From: a virus
Virus record (IMG/VR): IMGVR_UViG_3300034283_000433
Location: 4,323-68,322 of that record
Direction: 5' to 3' (one strand)
DNA length: 64,000 nt
The notes under the pieces: model-generated
Database searches by the model: none
Told to the model about the DNA's origin: nothing
Seen by the model: only the letters and a program-made list of their open reading frames with translations
In this document: positions 48,765 through 57,400 of the stretch, one piece after another
How positions within the stretch are numbered: position 1 is the first letter of the stretch
How the letters are laid out: each line of letters opens with the position of its first letter
Made by a program: the position numbers and the translations under genes

Positions 48765-48877
48765 GTGACTTTGAATTCTTAAGATACCTACACCTAGCTA
48801 TATTCACAGCTTGGGTCGTAGCATTAGTATCACTCGTAGTCGTAGTATTACGAGATAAACTAAACAAACATAAATGA
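48761..48877 (+). CDS. Small single-TM peptide (38 aa)
   Basis: Hydrophobic core, starts within the previous stop region. Confidence 0.45.
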   Translation: MSDFEFLRYLHLAIFTAWVVALVSLVVVVLRDKLNKHK

Positions 48878-48950
48878 TTGACAATATTATATTAGCTGTG
48901 ATAATATATTTACTTGCAGTAATATTCTTATCCAAAAAACACAAGACCAA

Positions 48951-49202
48951 ATGAAACACTATGTATTTGCTAATACGCTAGATAACTACACATCTGAACG
49001 TGTAGAACATATTGAAGAGTTCAATGACTACAATACAGCTATGGATTATTATAGAAACACATTCAAGAATCAATCCGAGCAACTAGTAGACCACGGAGGT
49101 GACCATACTATTATGCTGTATACTAAAGAGAACCACTATGTACGCGTATTGAAGAGACACACTATTTCTACAACCTTTAATAAAATAGAAGACAATGACT
49201 AA
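48951..49202 (+). CDS. Hypothetical protein
   Basis: 83 aa. Confidence 0.6.
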   Translation: MKHYVFANTLDNYTSERVEHIEEFNDYNTAMDYYRNTFKNQSEQLVDHGGDHTIMLYTKENHYVRVLKRHTISTTFNKIEDND

Positions 49203-49431
49203 CGTAAAGAAACTACAAATAGCTTTGGATATTATATACGATTTGCCATTCTTAGAGAATGCCAAGATGATTGCAGTTACTGAACGCACTGCACTTCCAG
49301 AGTCTTACACATTAGTAAGAAGATATGTAATCAAGCATCAGACTATGGAGCTGTATGATATGAATATGGTAGGGCCTAAAACATACTATGCTGTAGTACG
49401 CAACCTAGGCGAGTTTCAGATAATGTTATAA
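49195..49431 (+). CDS. Hypothetical protein
   Basis: 78 aa, coupled to previous gene. Confidence 0.6.
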   Translation: MTNVKKLQIALDIIYDLPFLENAKMIAVTERTALPESYTLVRRYVIKHQTMELYDMNMVGPKTYYAVVRNLGEFQIML

Positions 49432-49440
49432 ATAAAAAAT

Positions 49441-49860
49441 ATGAGAAGAACGAAAAACGGAAGAGGGGTTACTGCTATAAGCCCATATGTTTATGTAGGT
49501 ATAAGGCCAAATGACTTGCCTAAAAACATAAGGGTTAGATTAAAGTTTTTGAAGAGAAGCTACACGATAGATATCATTACATCTGCTATAAAAAAGGTTA
49601 CAAAAATAACGCACCAGCAGATTGGCAGACAAAATAGGCAAAGAGATGTAAGTGAGGCAAGAAAGATGTACTGCTATTTCGTAAAACAAAAGATGAATCT
49701 GTCATTGAAAGAAATAGGCAATAGTATTGGTAGAGACCATACCACCGTGATTCATAACATTGAAGTATTTAAAGACTTGTACGAAACAGACCTTCACTTT
49801 AAATCTAAGGCTGATAAGATATCTGACTTGATTGAAAACAATAGCCTAGATAATCTATAA
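49441..49860 (+). CDS. Stand-alone DnaA domain IV-like HTH protein
   Basis: R...AR.M..Y......SL.EIG..IGRDHTTVIH signature. Confidence 0.85.
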   Translation: MRRTKNGRGVTAISPYVYVGIRPNDLPKNIRVRLKFLKRSYTIDIITSAIKKVTKITHQQIGRQNRQRDVSEARKMYCYFVKQKMNLSLKEIGNSIGRDHTTVIHNIEVFKDLYETDLHFKSKADKISDLIENNSLDNL

Positions 49861-49861
49861 A

Positions 49862-50080
49862 ATGTATTACTATTTAGAAAACGGGAAGGTAGTGTTTACG
49901 GAGAAGTTCCACCTTGAGCGTGGATACTGCTGTAATAATAATTGTAGACACTGCCCCTATAAAACACAACACAATGGAAGTATTGAAGAAACTATTCACA
50001 ACCCCAAGAGCGGAGAAACCAACGATGAGCTACGACAAGGCTGTCCTCACAGCAGAATTGAGGACGACCCTATTGAATGA
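49862..50080 (+). CDS. DUF5522-like small Cys-cluster protein
   Basis: FTE.FHL.RG.CC...CRHCPY. Confidence 0.7.
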   Translation: MYYYLENGKVVFTEKFHLERGYCCNNNCRHCPYKTQHNGSIEETIHNPKSGETNDELRQGCPHSRIEDDPIE

Positions 50081-50360
50081 GCTGTTTGAAATACAGCGTG
50101 GCATCCTAGACAAAAAAGGCTACGACTATGCAGGCGAGGACGTGCTGTCTAATTTCAGATTAGCAGGTATGATTGTCAATCAAGGCAGTACACATCCCGA
50201 TGCTGTCAATTGTCTTAACCTAATAGGCACTAAGGTCGCAAGGCTAGGTCAATTACTATCATCAAACAAATCTGCGCAGAACGAAAGCGTACAAGATTCT
50301 ATCGTAGACCTATGTAACTACAGCGCATTACTTTATCTAATCCTTAAAATGGAGAAATAA
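49974..50360 (+). CDS. Nucleotide-modification-associated (DUF1599-like, all-alpha) protein
   Basis: KK.YDYA..D..SNF...K..RL...NES..DS..DL.NY; start at ATG 49974. Confidence 0.7.
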   Translation: MEVLKKLFTTPRAEKPTMSYDKAVLTAELRTTLLNELFEIQRGILDKKGYDYAGEDVLSNFRLAGMIVNQGSTHPDAVNCLNLIGTKVARLGQLLSSNKSAQNESVQDSIVDLCNYSALLYLILKMEK

Positions 50361-50363
50361 TAT

Positions 50364-50552
50364 ATGAACGAAAAAGAAAAAATAATCAATTCCTTTCCCG
50401 AAAATAGCATTTACTTTACCTTAAAGGATGAATCTAATCCTATAATGGTAATAAGTAACGGAAAATTTTATTGGAAAGATAAAGAGATAGACGATATATA
50501 CAATATTTATGAAAGATTTAATGAATGGCTTACAAAAGCTCAAAACAAATAA
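50364..50552 (+). CDS. Hypothetical protein
   Basis: 62 aa packed ORF. Confidence 0.55.
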   Translation: MNEKEKIINSFPENSIYFTLKDESNPIMVISNGKFYWKDKEIDDIYNIYERFNEWLTKAQNK

Positions 50553-50555
50553 CCT

Positions 50556-50759
50556 ATGAAACTGCTGAATAACTTTAGGGTAACTAACAGCAACAAAACC
50601 ACAGGCTCTGAGATATCCATTGAAGACATTAACAGAGACGAAGTAATACGCATACACGCTGTATTCTTCAAGAAGTCTGGTCGCAAACAGCGTCAGACAC
50701 TTAGTCTACTAATTTGGTGGGCTATTAAACACTATTTTAAAATCATATGTAAACGATAG
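50556..50759 (+). CDS. Hypothetical protein
   Basis: 67 aa packed ORF. Confidence 0.55.
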   Translation: MKLLNNFRVTNSNKTTGSEISIEDINRDEVIRIHAVFFKKSGRKQRQTLSLLIWWAIKHYFKIICKR

Positions 50760-50761
50760 CT

Positions 50762-50983
50762 ATGGATAACAGATTACTTAGCTTTTTTGCCGCAATAGGC
50801 GTATTTGTATGTATATGCTGTATAGCTTACTTGACACTGCATACAATATCTGGATTTCAAGAAAAACAACAACAGAAGTATGTTATAGATAGCCTAGAAC
50901 AAGAGATACTACTTAGAGATAACCTTATTAAACAATCTAAAGACACAACCTATGGCGAAGAAACACCAACAAGCATTAAATAG
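50762..50983 (+). CDS. Membrane-anchored small protein
   Basis: N-terminal TM helix plus coiled coil. Confidence 0.55.
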   Translation: MDNRLLSFFAAIGVFVCICCIAYLTLHTISGFQEKQQQKYVIDSLEQEILLRDNLIKQSKDTTYGEETPTSIK

Positions 50984-51296
50984 TACGCACTTAGGTAGCG
51001 TATTCGTAAAAGAAGAAGATAATTTCGTACACAGCTACGAGTTATACCACCAAGAAACACTTGACACTACGATTATAAAGTACGCAGAAGGTAAGCTGTG
51101 GGACAGAGAGGTTCAAGGGACTGCAGCAGGGTCTGTCTTTGACAACGGGGACATTGTGACCATCAGTATAGGTCTCACTATGTTTCAGTTAGACTATTCT
51201 GAGATGGAAGTCCTAACAGCCCTTATAATGGCCTGCAATGACACTGAGATGGAGTTTAGAAAGTATATTGTTTCCTCATCTATAAAACCAATCTAA
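50952..51296 (+). CDS. Hypothetical protein
   Basis: 114 aa. Confidence 0.6.
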   Translation: MAKKHQQALNSTHLGSVFVKEEDNFVHSYELYHQETLDTTIIKYAEGKLWDREVQGTAAGSVFDNGDIVTISIGLTMFQLDYSEMEVLTALIMACNDTEMEFRKYIVSSSIKPI

Positions 51297-51415
51297 TGAA
51301 AGGACTAATACTTCTGATGCTACCAATGGCTGTAGCCATTTTCACAGCGTTCTACCTATTTGAAAAGGACGCAAACAAGCCAGACAGCTTTGACGAGCGA
51401 GATATCTACAAATAG
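51296..51415 (+). CDS. Small TM peptide (39 aa)
   Basis: TAATG coupling; MKGLILLMLPMAVAIFTAFYLF... Confidence 0.5.
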   Translation: MKGLILLMLPMAVAIFTAFYLFEKDANKPDSFDERDIYK

Positions 51416-51416
51416 A

Positions 51417-51447
51417 TTTGGTAATTTAAAAACTATTTATATCTTTG
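51417..51447 (+). promoter_or_regulatory. Consensus Bacteroidota sigma70 promoter
   Basis: TTTG-N19-TATCTTTG. Confidence 0.8.
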
Positions 51448-51452
51448 CTGTA

Positions 51453-51550
51453 CAAATCCGATAAGGTAGGGGATGACTTTATCGGGTATGTTTCAAGAAC
51501 TAACCCTTCTTAAGATATGCCCATTAGAATCCCCTCTAGTGGGCTTTTTT
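51453..51550 (+). ncRNA. ~100-nt two-hairpin RNA with complementary loops, ending in terminator
   Basis: 11-bp hairpin with loop AGGGGAUG; 9-bp hairpin with loop AAUCCCCU, then U6. Confidence 0.65.
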
Positions 51551-51956
51551 ATTCCACTTACCTACGGATATGAAGGATGCAGAAGCATCCCACTCATAGT
51601 TCCGAGTACAAGGAAGCTAGTAGCTAACGCCTGCAAAGATTCCGTTAACTACGAATATTCTTTTAAATGTATAGTATTGTTCTAGACTTCCGTAACTATA
51701 CAGCCTCACGTAACGACAACTCATTAACTCATTAGTATGTATGGTAAGATAGACAGGTCGTATCTCCTTTGGGGGTAGGGGGTATGACTTGCGTTTTTCT
51801 TACCTACGTTCACCAATCTATTAATCTATTAGTATGAATAAACATATAAGCACTACGCTCGGATTCGCGAAGTTTTTCGTAGTCTCCGTACCAATAGCTT
51901 GCGTAATATATACGTGCGCTATGTTGATAAGTTTTTGTAAAAAAACTATAGAAATA

Positions 51957-51988
51957 TTTGGCAAGTAGTATAACTATTTGTAGTTTCG
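51957..51988 (+). promoter_or_regulatory. Promoter for recombination/replication genes
   Basis: TTTG-N20-TAGTTTCG. Confidence 0.6.
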
Positions 51989-52010
51989 CAAACAATAAAA
52001 TATAAACAAT

Positions 52011-52631
52011 ATGAGTATCGTAAAAATCCAAGAGGAGCTAAAAGCTCCAAAGAACCAACGTAATAACTTTGGTGGCTACAACTATCGTAGCGCAGAAGAC
52101 ATCATTGAAGCTGTTAAACCTATAGCACACAGGTATGGTTACTACCTTATTATCTCAGATGAAATAGTAGAGGTAGGTGGACGTATCTACGTAAAAGCTA
52201 CAGCTAGATTACAGCCTAACGAAGCGGGTAATATATACTCCGCTACGGGATGGGCTAGAGAAGAAGAAACAAAGAAAGGTATGGATGGCGCGCAAATCAC
52301 AGGTGCTGCTAGTTCATACGCACGTAAGTATGCATTGAATGGCCTATTGGCTATTGATGATACAAAGGATGCAGACGCAACCAATACGCACGGCAAGGAA
52401 GAAGTTAGTAATGTAGCTGTACCACAAACAGCTCCAGCTGTTAGAGTATACCCTGCGAAGAATAGCTCAGATAAACCAGAAGACGATAAGGCTTGGTTAA
52501 ATAAGAATAACCCTAAATGGTCACTTATTGTACAGCAATTCAAGACAGGTGAAAACAATATCAATAACCTACGCAAGGAATTTAAGGTATCTAAGGCTGT
52601 AGAAGCTGAGTTAACAGCACTAAGCGTATAG
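52011..52631 (+). CDS. erf: ERF-family single-strand annealing protein
   Basis: KAPK.Q.N.FG.YNYRS.EDI...GAASSYARKYAL.GL..IDD..DAD. Confidence 0.85.
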   Translation: MSIVKIQEELKAPKNQRNNFGGYNYRSAEDIIEAVKPIAHRYGYYLIISDEIVEVGGRIYVKATARLQPNEAGNIYSATGWAREEETKKGMDGAQITGAASSYARKYALNGLLAIDDTKDADATNTHGKEEVSNVAVPQTAPAVRVYPAKNSSDKPEDDKAWLNKNNPKWSLIVQQFKTGENNINNLRKEFKVSKAVEAELTALSV

Positions 52632-52632
52632 T

Positions 52633-52875
52633 ATGGCTGACTATCCTACGGGCAAATGGTATCGTTCATACATAGAAAAGTATGAGGAGAACATATTTAA
52701 AAAATTTGAAGAAGATATTATGGCAGGTAAAATAACAGAATCAAAAAACATACAGCTTAAGCTAGAAGAAATTATAGATGCGCTACGCAACGCTATAGAG
52801 AAAGGCAACGACCTACACTTAGGTATAGTAATTGGACAGACTCTTAAACAGCTAGAAGATATCGCATACAAGTAA
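52633..52875 (+). CDS. Hypothetical protein
   Basis: 80 aa. Confidence 0.55.
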   Translation: MADYPTGKWYRSYIEKYEENIFKKFEEDIMAGKITESKNIQLKLEEIIDALRNAIEKGNDLHLGIVIGQTLKQLEDIAYK

Positions 52876-52975
52876 ACGTATTGCCCTCCCACTTAAATTT
52901 ATTATTAATTAACAGGGGTGTTGGTTATGTAAATTGGGAGGGTAACCTTGTTTTATTTTAAATTGAAAAATCAAT

Positions 52976-53010
52976 GGCCTGCGGTGTTTCTACATTGGAG
53001 GCCGCTTTTT
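52976..53010 (+). terminator. Terminator-like hairpin with UUUCUA loop
   Basis: GGCCTGCGGTG-TTTCTA-CATTGGAGGCC then GCTTTTT. Confidence 0.6.
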
Positions 53011-53026
53011 TAAAAACAATTAACCA

Positions 53027-53782
53027 ATGATAACATTAGAACAACTACAAGAGCGACCACTTAGCTACAGCTCACTAAAAGAATTCGCTAAGAGTCCTCG
53101 TCACTACCTAGACTATCTAAACAGAAAGAAGGAGACTACAGCTCCTATGCTGTTTGGTAGTATGGTACACTGCCTATTGCTTGAACCATCTAAGTTTAAC
53201 GAAGAGTTTGCTGTGATGGGTACAATAGATAGACGCACATCTGCAGGAAAAGAAGCATACGCAAAGTTTGTAGAAGAGTCTGCAGGTAAAGAAGTAGTTA
53301 TGGAAAATGATTACAACGAGGCGAAAGGTTTAGCTGATAATGTTTTATCTAATCCTAAGTTAGCTCCGTGGATACATAACTGTCATCAATACGAGCAGGA
53401 GTTTCGCGCTGAAATGTGGGGTCTACCCGTACGTGGTTTCTTTGATGGTATAGCAGAAGACTATATACTTGAAGTTAAGACTACGATGGATGCGTCACCA
53501 GAAAATTTAATGCGTGACTTTTATAACAGACAATACCATATGCAGGCTGGATTGTATAATCTAGTTTCAAATAAACCTATCAAGTATCTTATCATAGAAA
53601 CGAAAGGCCCTTACGATGCGTACATTGCAGATGCAACAGAAAACTATATCAAGAAAGGTCAGGAGCTGTTTTCAGATACTATTGTTAAGTTTAACAAATG
53701 TATGGAAGACAATGCGTGGACTAAAGGATACGAATACCATAATAACAATATTACGATAGACCTGCCATCGTGGGTAAAATAA
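53027..53782 (+). CDS. RecE/exonuclease VIII-like PD-(D/E)XK exonuclease (DUF3799-like)
   Basis: LSYSSLK, GS..H..LLEP, RG..D.....EVKTT, Y..QA..Y. Confidence 0.85.
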   Translation: MITLEQLQERPLSYSSLKEFAKSPRHYLDYLNRKKETTAPMLFGSMVHCLLLEPSKFNEEFAVMGTIDRRTSAGKEAYAKFVEESAGKEVVMENDYNEAKGLADNVLSNPKLAPWIHNCHQYEQEFRAEMWGLPVRGFFDGIAEDYILEVKTTMDASPENLMRDFYNRQYHMQAGLYNLVSNKPIKYLIIETKGPYDAYIADATENYIKKGQELFSDTIVKFNKCMEDNAWTKGYEYHNNNITIDLPSWVK

Positions 53783-53783
53783 A

Positions 53784-53814
53784 TTTGGCAGTTTCGCAAA
53801 AGTTTGTATATTCG
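53784..53814 (+). promoter_or_regulatory. Bacteroidota-type promoter
   Basis: TTTG-N19-TATATTCG. Confidence 0.65.
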
Positions 53815-53818
53815 CAAT

Positions 53819-53874
53819 GGGTTTTCTCATCATTGTGTTAAATATAGGGGGTGCTAGGCATAGATAGTACCCCC
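53819..53874 (+). ncRNA. Candidate sRNA or leader: antisense seed plus 10-bp hairpin
   Basis: UCAUUGUGUUA(A) complementary to starts of genes at 46574, 46788, 57397; hairpin GGGGGTGCTA/TAGTACCCCC. Confidence 0.45.
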
Positions 53875-53889
53875 AAACTTTAGAAACTT

Positions 53890-54252
53890 ATGGGTAGATT
53901 TGATACCTTAAAAATAAATACGAGATTCCTGCCTATATCAGATGCGCAGGAGCTTGAAGACCTTTCGGATTTGGAATTCCAAACGAAAGACCTAGAAAAA
54001 CAATTCTTAGAATATGAAGTAGGCGAAGATGGTTATTTGTATTTTGAAGACTACGAATACGAAATGATACCATCCGACAATCCTGAAGGACTATTTAATA
54101 TTAACCTAAGAAAGATTAACCAAACCATTAAAAAAAGCTACCACACAGGTGACGTTGAGTTTTACGGGAAACCTTGGGAGTATATGTATACATTCAAGGC
54201 ACACTTCCAAGACGGGAAACTAGAAAGGGTAGACTTGATAAACAAAGAATAG
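53890..54252 (+). CDS. Conserved phage protein
   Basis: MG.FD...FQTKDL...F.DGKL motif. Confidence 0.7.
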   Translation: MGRFDTLKINTRFLPISDAQELEDLSDLEFQTKDLEKQFLEYEVGEDGYLYFEDYEYEMIPSDNPEGLFNINLRKINQTIKKSYHTGDVEFYGKPWEYMYTFKAHFQDGKLERVDLINKE

Positions 54253-54266
54253 ACCACTGAAACCAT

Positions 54267-54500
54267 ATGACGACAAAGAACAAGGGTATAAACAAAGCAA
54301 AATTAACCAAACAATACCCACAAGTAGCAAAGATTGTAGATGCCATCCTTGAAGAAAACAAGAATGATAACTATTGGTTTTATGTAAACTATTGTGGTAA
54401 ATATAAGGACAAGAATGGAGCTGCTAGAGCAGTTTCTATGGGCTCTATTTTTGACCTTCTAACTAACTACGGATATAAGATTGATATAATAGTAAAATAG
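54267..54500 (+). CDS. Hypothetical protein
   Basis: 77 aa. Confidence 0.6.
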   Translation: MTTKNKGINKAKLTKQYPQVAKIVDAILEENKNDNYWFYVNYCGKYKDKNGAARAVSMGSIFDLLTNYGYKIDIIVK

Positions 54501-54584
54501 TTTAATACGGACATACAATCACACGCCCTGCGTTTCTACGTGGGGCTCATTTTGAAAATTTTTAACCAATAAAACATAGACACA

Positions 54585-54911
54585 ATGTCACAAGAACAAA
54601 CACAAAGAAGCTCAATAGGAGCTTGGAAAAGACAAACACCAAGAGGTGAAGTAATTAACTTTACAATCAACGGCCAGAAATATAATATGTGGCCTAACAC
54701 GAAGAAGTCTAACGAAAAACAACCTGACTTCAACATCTTGGAAGACAACTACGTTCCTCAACCAAAAGTAGCTGTTCAACAGCCACAGCAACAATATGTT
54801 GCACAGCAACCTCAGTACGTACAACCTCAACAGCAGTATGTACAACAACAGCCGCAGCCACAACAACCTCAACAAGGTTATGTTCCTGCTGGCAACGGAT
54901 TGAATTTCTAG
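54585..54911 (+). CDS. Putative single-stranded DNA-binding protein
   Basis: IGAWK...K.NEKQPDF small beta domain, Q/P-rich tail ending in Phe, upstream of primase-helicase. Confidence 0.6.
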   Translation: MSQEQTQRSSIGAWKRQTPRGEVINFTINGQKYNMWPNTKKSNEKQPDFNILEDNYVPQPKVAVQQPQQQYVAQQPQYVQPQQQYVQQQPQPQQPQQGYVPAGNGLNF

Positions 54912-54945
54912 TTTTTCTTTTTTTGATTCATAATTATAATTTGTC

Positions 54946-54976
54946 CCTCACGGCCTAAAAATCGTGAGGGTTTTTT
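54946..54976 (+). terminator. Intrinsic terminator
   Basis: CCCTCACGG-CCTAAAAA-TCGTGAGGG-TTTTTT. Confidence 0.75.
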
Positions 54977-54982
54977 ACCACT

Positions 54983-56803
54983 ATGCAATACACGGTAACA
55001 GTATTTAACAACATTAGAAACGTAACAGACCCTATTGAAAAGGACTTACGTGATGTTCTTATGGCCATCAGAGATGGTGCATACAAAGAACAAGTAGAAG
55101 CAATACGTAATTGCACAGACTCCTATAAAATCCCTTCCCTCAAACAAAATCTTCCGTGTGTACTTTACGCTGGGCTGTTTAAAAAGCCTGTAGAAAAAGT
55201 ATACGACAACGGACAAAAATATATATCGTATAGAGACGATAAATCATTAACCATACATAGTGGCTTTGTACCTATAGATATGGATGGTATAACAGATATA
55301 CCTGCTAAGAAAGAAGAACTAAAACAGAACCCATACATCTTTGCGCTGTGGACATCCGCTAGTGGCAAGGGTATACACGGCCTTATAAAGATTGGTGATA
55401 CCAATAAACATACGGAGCACTACAAGGCTATCTTGGAATTGATTCCAGACCTTGACCCTACAGCTAGAAATCCTTCACGTGTGCTGTATATGTCTTACGA
55501 CCCTGATATGTATGTTAATAGTTCAGCTAGCATATTCTACAATATTGTAAAAGAAGAAGAATTAAAGGCTGCTAATATCGTATATGGTGATGGATATACT
55601 GACTATAGAAAGTTGGATATCGCATCTAGGATGATTAGACTCGCTAAGGAAGGCGAGAAACACCACGTTCTATTGAAAGCTGCACACCTTATGGGTGGAT
55701 ACGTAGCAACTAAACATATAGAGTATGACATTGCTTTTAATATACTTGTTCACGAAATTTCTAAAAAAGATGTGCAAGACTTAAATCTTGCGAAGAAAAC
55801 TATAGAGGATGGTATGCGTCACGGTATGACGATGCCTATATCTGAAATAGAAACTCAGTTCAGAGAAGCTGCACGTATCATTGGAGTACAAGAAGAGGAC
55901 TTAGCTTTCCTCTCATCTAATCCTAAAGACGATGACTTTATTTATAAATTCAGGTCTGGTCTTATCCCTATGGGATTACCGTTTGGATATACTGAGATGG
56001 ACGAGCATTTAAGGCTCAAGGAAGGCGAATTCTACGCATCCCTAGCGCATAGTCACATTGGTAAAACAACCGTGAATCTGTGGCTTATATTCCTATCTGC
56101 GATACACTACGATTGGAATTGGATGATGTATATGGGTGAGAATCAGTCTGCTTCTATCAAGATGAAGCTAATGGAATTCTTTATCGGTAAGAAGATTAAG
56201 GATATGAACGACCACGAACACAACGTATCACTACGTTTCGTAGAGGAGCACTTCTTTATTCTGTCTACAGATAATATGTATACATACGGAGAAATCTTAG
56301 ATAACGCTAAGGTTCTAATGCAATACAAATCTTTGAAGGGTGTATTTATAGACCCATACAATAGCCTTAAGATGGAGCTGACAACAGCTAAGAACAAATA
56401 CATCTATGACTACGAGGCGTACAGTGAAATGTTAAACTTCACTAAGAAATACAACACAACTATATTCTTATCTGTTCATACTACGACAGCATCACAAAGA
56501 GAACGTGACAGCGAAGGCAACCAGAAGATGCCACACGCAGCTGATACAGAGGGTGGCGCAGCATTGTATAATAGGGTAGATAACTTTATAACTTTGCATA
56601 GAAAGATTAAGAGTCAGGACGAGTGGATGTATACGCAAGTATCAATAGACAAGGTTAGAAACGGAGAGACGGGTGGTATGCCTACGCGTGTTGGTAATCC
56701 TTGTATCATCAAGATGAATAGAGGTATAGAGTTTACTGATATGAATGGTGCACTACCATTTAATAGAGACCAATTATTACTTAAATATAAATGTAAATTT
56801 TAG
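54983..56803 (+). CDS. Primase-helicase (BT4734/VirE-N-like primase domain plus DnaB-like SF4 helicase)
   Basis: K..LP, SG.VPID.D, S.SG.G.H, R..YMSYDP; AHSHIGKT, FIDPYN, LSVH, KVR..ETGG. Confidence 0.85.
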   Translation: MQYTVTVFNNIRNVTDPIEKDLRDVLMAIRDGAYKEQVEAIRNCTDSYKIPSLKQNLPCVLYAGLFKKPVEKVYDNGQKYISYRDDKSLTIHSGFVPIDMDGITDIPAKKEELKQNPYIFALWTSASGKGIHGLIKIGDTNKHTEHYKAILELIPDLDPTARNPSRVLYMSYDPDMYVNSSASIFYNIVKEEELKAANIVYGDGYTDYRKLDIASRMIRLAKEGEKHHVLLKAAHLMGGYVATKHIEYDIAFNILVHEISKKDVQDLNLAKKTIEDGMRHGMTMPISEIETQFREAARIIGVQEEDLAFLSSNPKDDDFIYKFRSGLIPMGLPFGYTEMDEHLRLKEGEFYASLAHSHIGKTTVNLWLIFLSAIHYDWNWMMYMGENQSASIKMKLMEFFIGKKIKDMNDHEHNVSLRFVEEHFFILSTDNMYTYGEILDNAKVLMQYKSLKGVFIDPYNSLKMELTTAKNKYIYDYEAYSEMLNFTKKYNTTIFLSVHTTTASQRERDSEGNQKMPHAADTEGGAALYNRVDNFITLHRKIKSQDEWMYTQVSIDKVRNGETGGMPTRVGNPCIIKMNRGIEFTDMNGALPFNRDQLLLKYKCKF

Positions 56804-56804
56804 G

Positions 56805-57041
56805 ATGGCATACGCTTTTATAGATGAACAGAGAGTCTCTATATTGGCCTACGATGTGACGATAGCTAATATAGAAGAGAGAAAGAAGAAAGCAATAGAA
56901 TTTAAAACATTGAAACTAGCAGAACAAAAGCTGGGTGTAGGACAACACGTGCTGAAGAACGCCCTAAAGAATAGGGGTCGTGTATTTTCTACACTATACC
57001 AAAAAGAGTTTGCTGTTAGACTTAAACCACTGAAGAAATGA
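56805..57041 (+). CDS. Small HTH-like DNA-binding protein
   Basis: EFKTL..AEQKLGV....L...LK; start moved to ATG 56805. Confidence 0.55.
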   Translation: MAYAFIDEQRVSILAYDVTIANIEERKKKAIEFKTLKLAEQKLGVGQHVLKNALKNRGRVFSTLYQKEFAVRLKPLKK

Positions 57042-57400
57042 AATACTCCTCTAGCTTTACACACGACCTAGCCTTTGGAGAAAAGGCAGAGGATTGGGTA
57101 AACGATATTTTTAAAAATGGAAAGAAGGTTGAAGTTAAGTATGACAGGATTGCTCACAAGACAGGGAACATATTCATAGAGTATGAGTCAAGAGGCAAGC
57201 CTAGTGGTATAGCTACAACAGACGCAGACTATTGGATTTATAAATTAGAAAAGACAGAATGCGCTATAATTCTACCTGTAGAATACCTAAAAGAAAAACT
57301 TCGTTCTTATTACCACGAAGGAATATATTTAATCAATGGAGGAGATAACAATACGTCAAAAGGATTTTTAGTACCAATAAATAAAATAATAACACAATGA
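57038..57400 (+). CDS. PD-(D/E)XK nuclease-like protein
   Basis: VEVK.D.....TGN.FIE..SRGKPSGI..T.ADYW. Confidence 0.75.
   Translation: MKYSSSFTHDLAFGEKAEDWVNDIFKNGKKVEVKYDRIAHKTGNIFIEYESRGKPSGIATTDADYWIYKLEKTECAIILPVEYLKEKLRSYYHEGIYLINGGDNNTSKGFLVPINKIITQ

Noticed and set aside
51473-52031. Track ORFs 51473..51685 (+) and 51810..52031 (-)
   Set aside because: They cross a terminator, hairpins or a promoter, lack A-rich leaders and look non-protein-like
52981-54546. TTTCTAC resembling the Cas12a repeat handle
   Set aside because: Isolated hairpin loops with no GTAGAT arm, no repeat-spacer array and no cas genes
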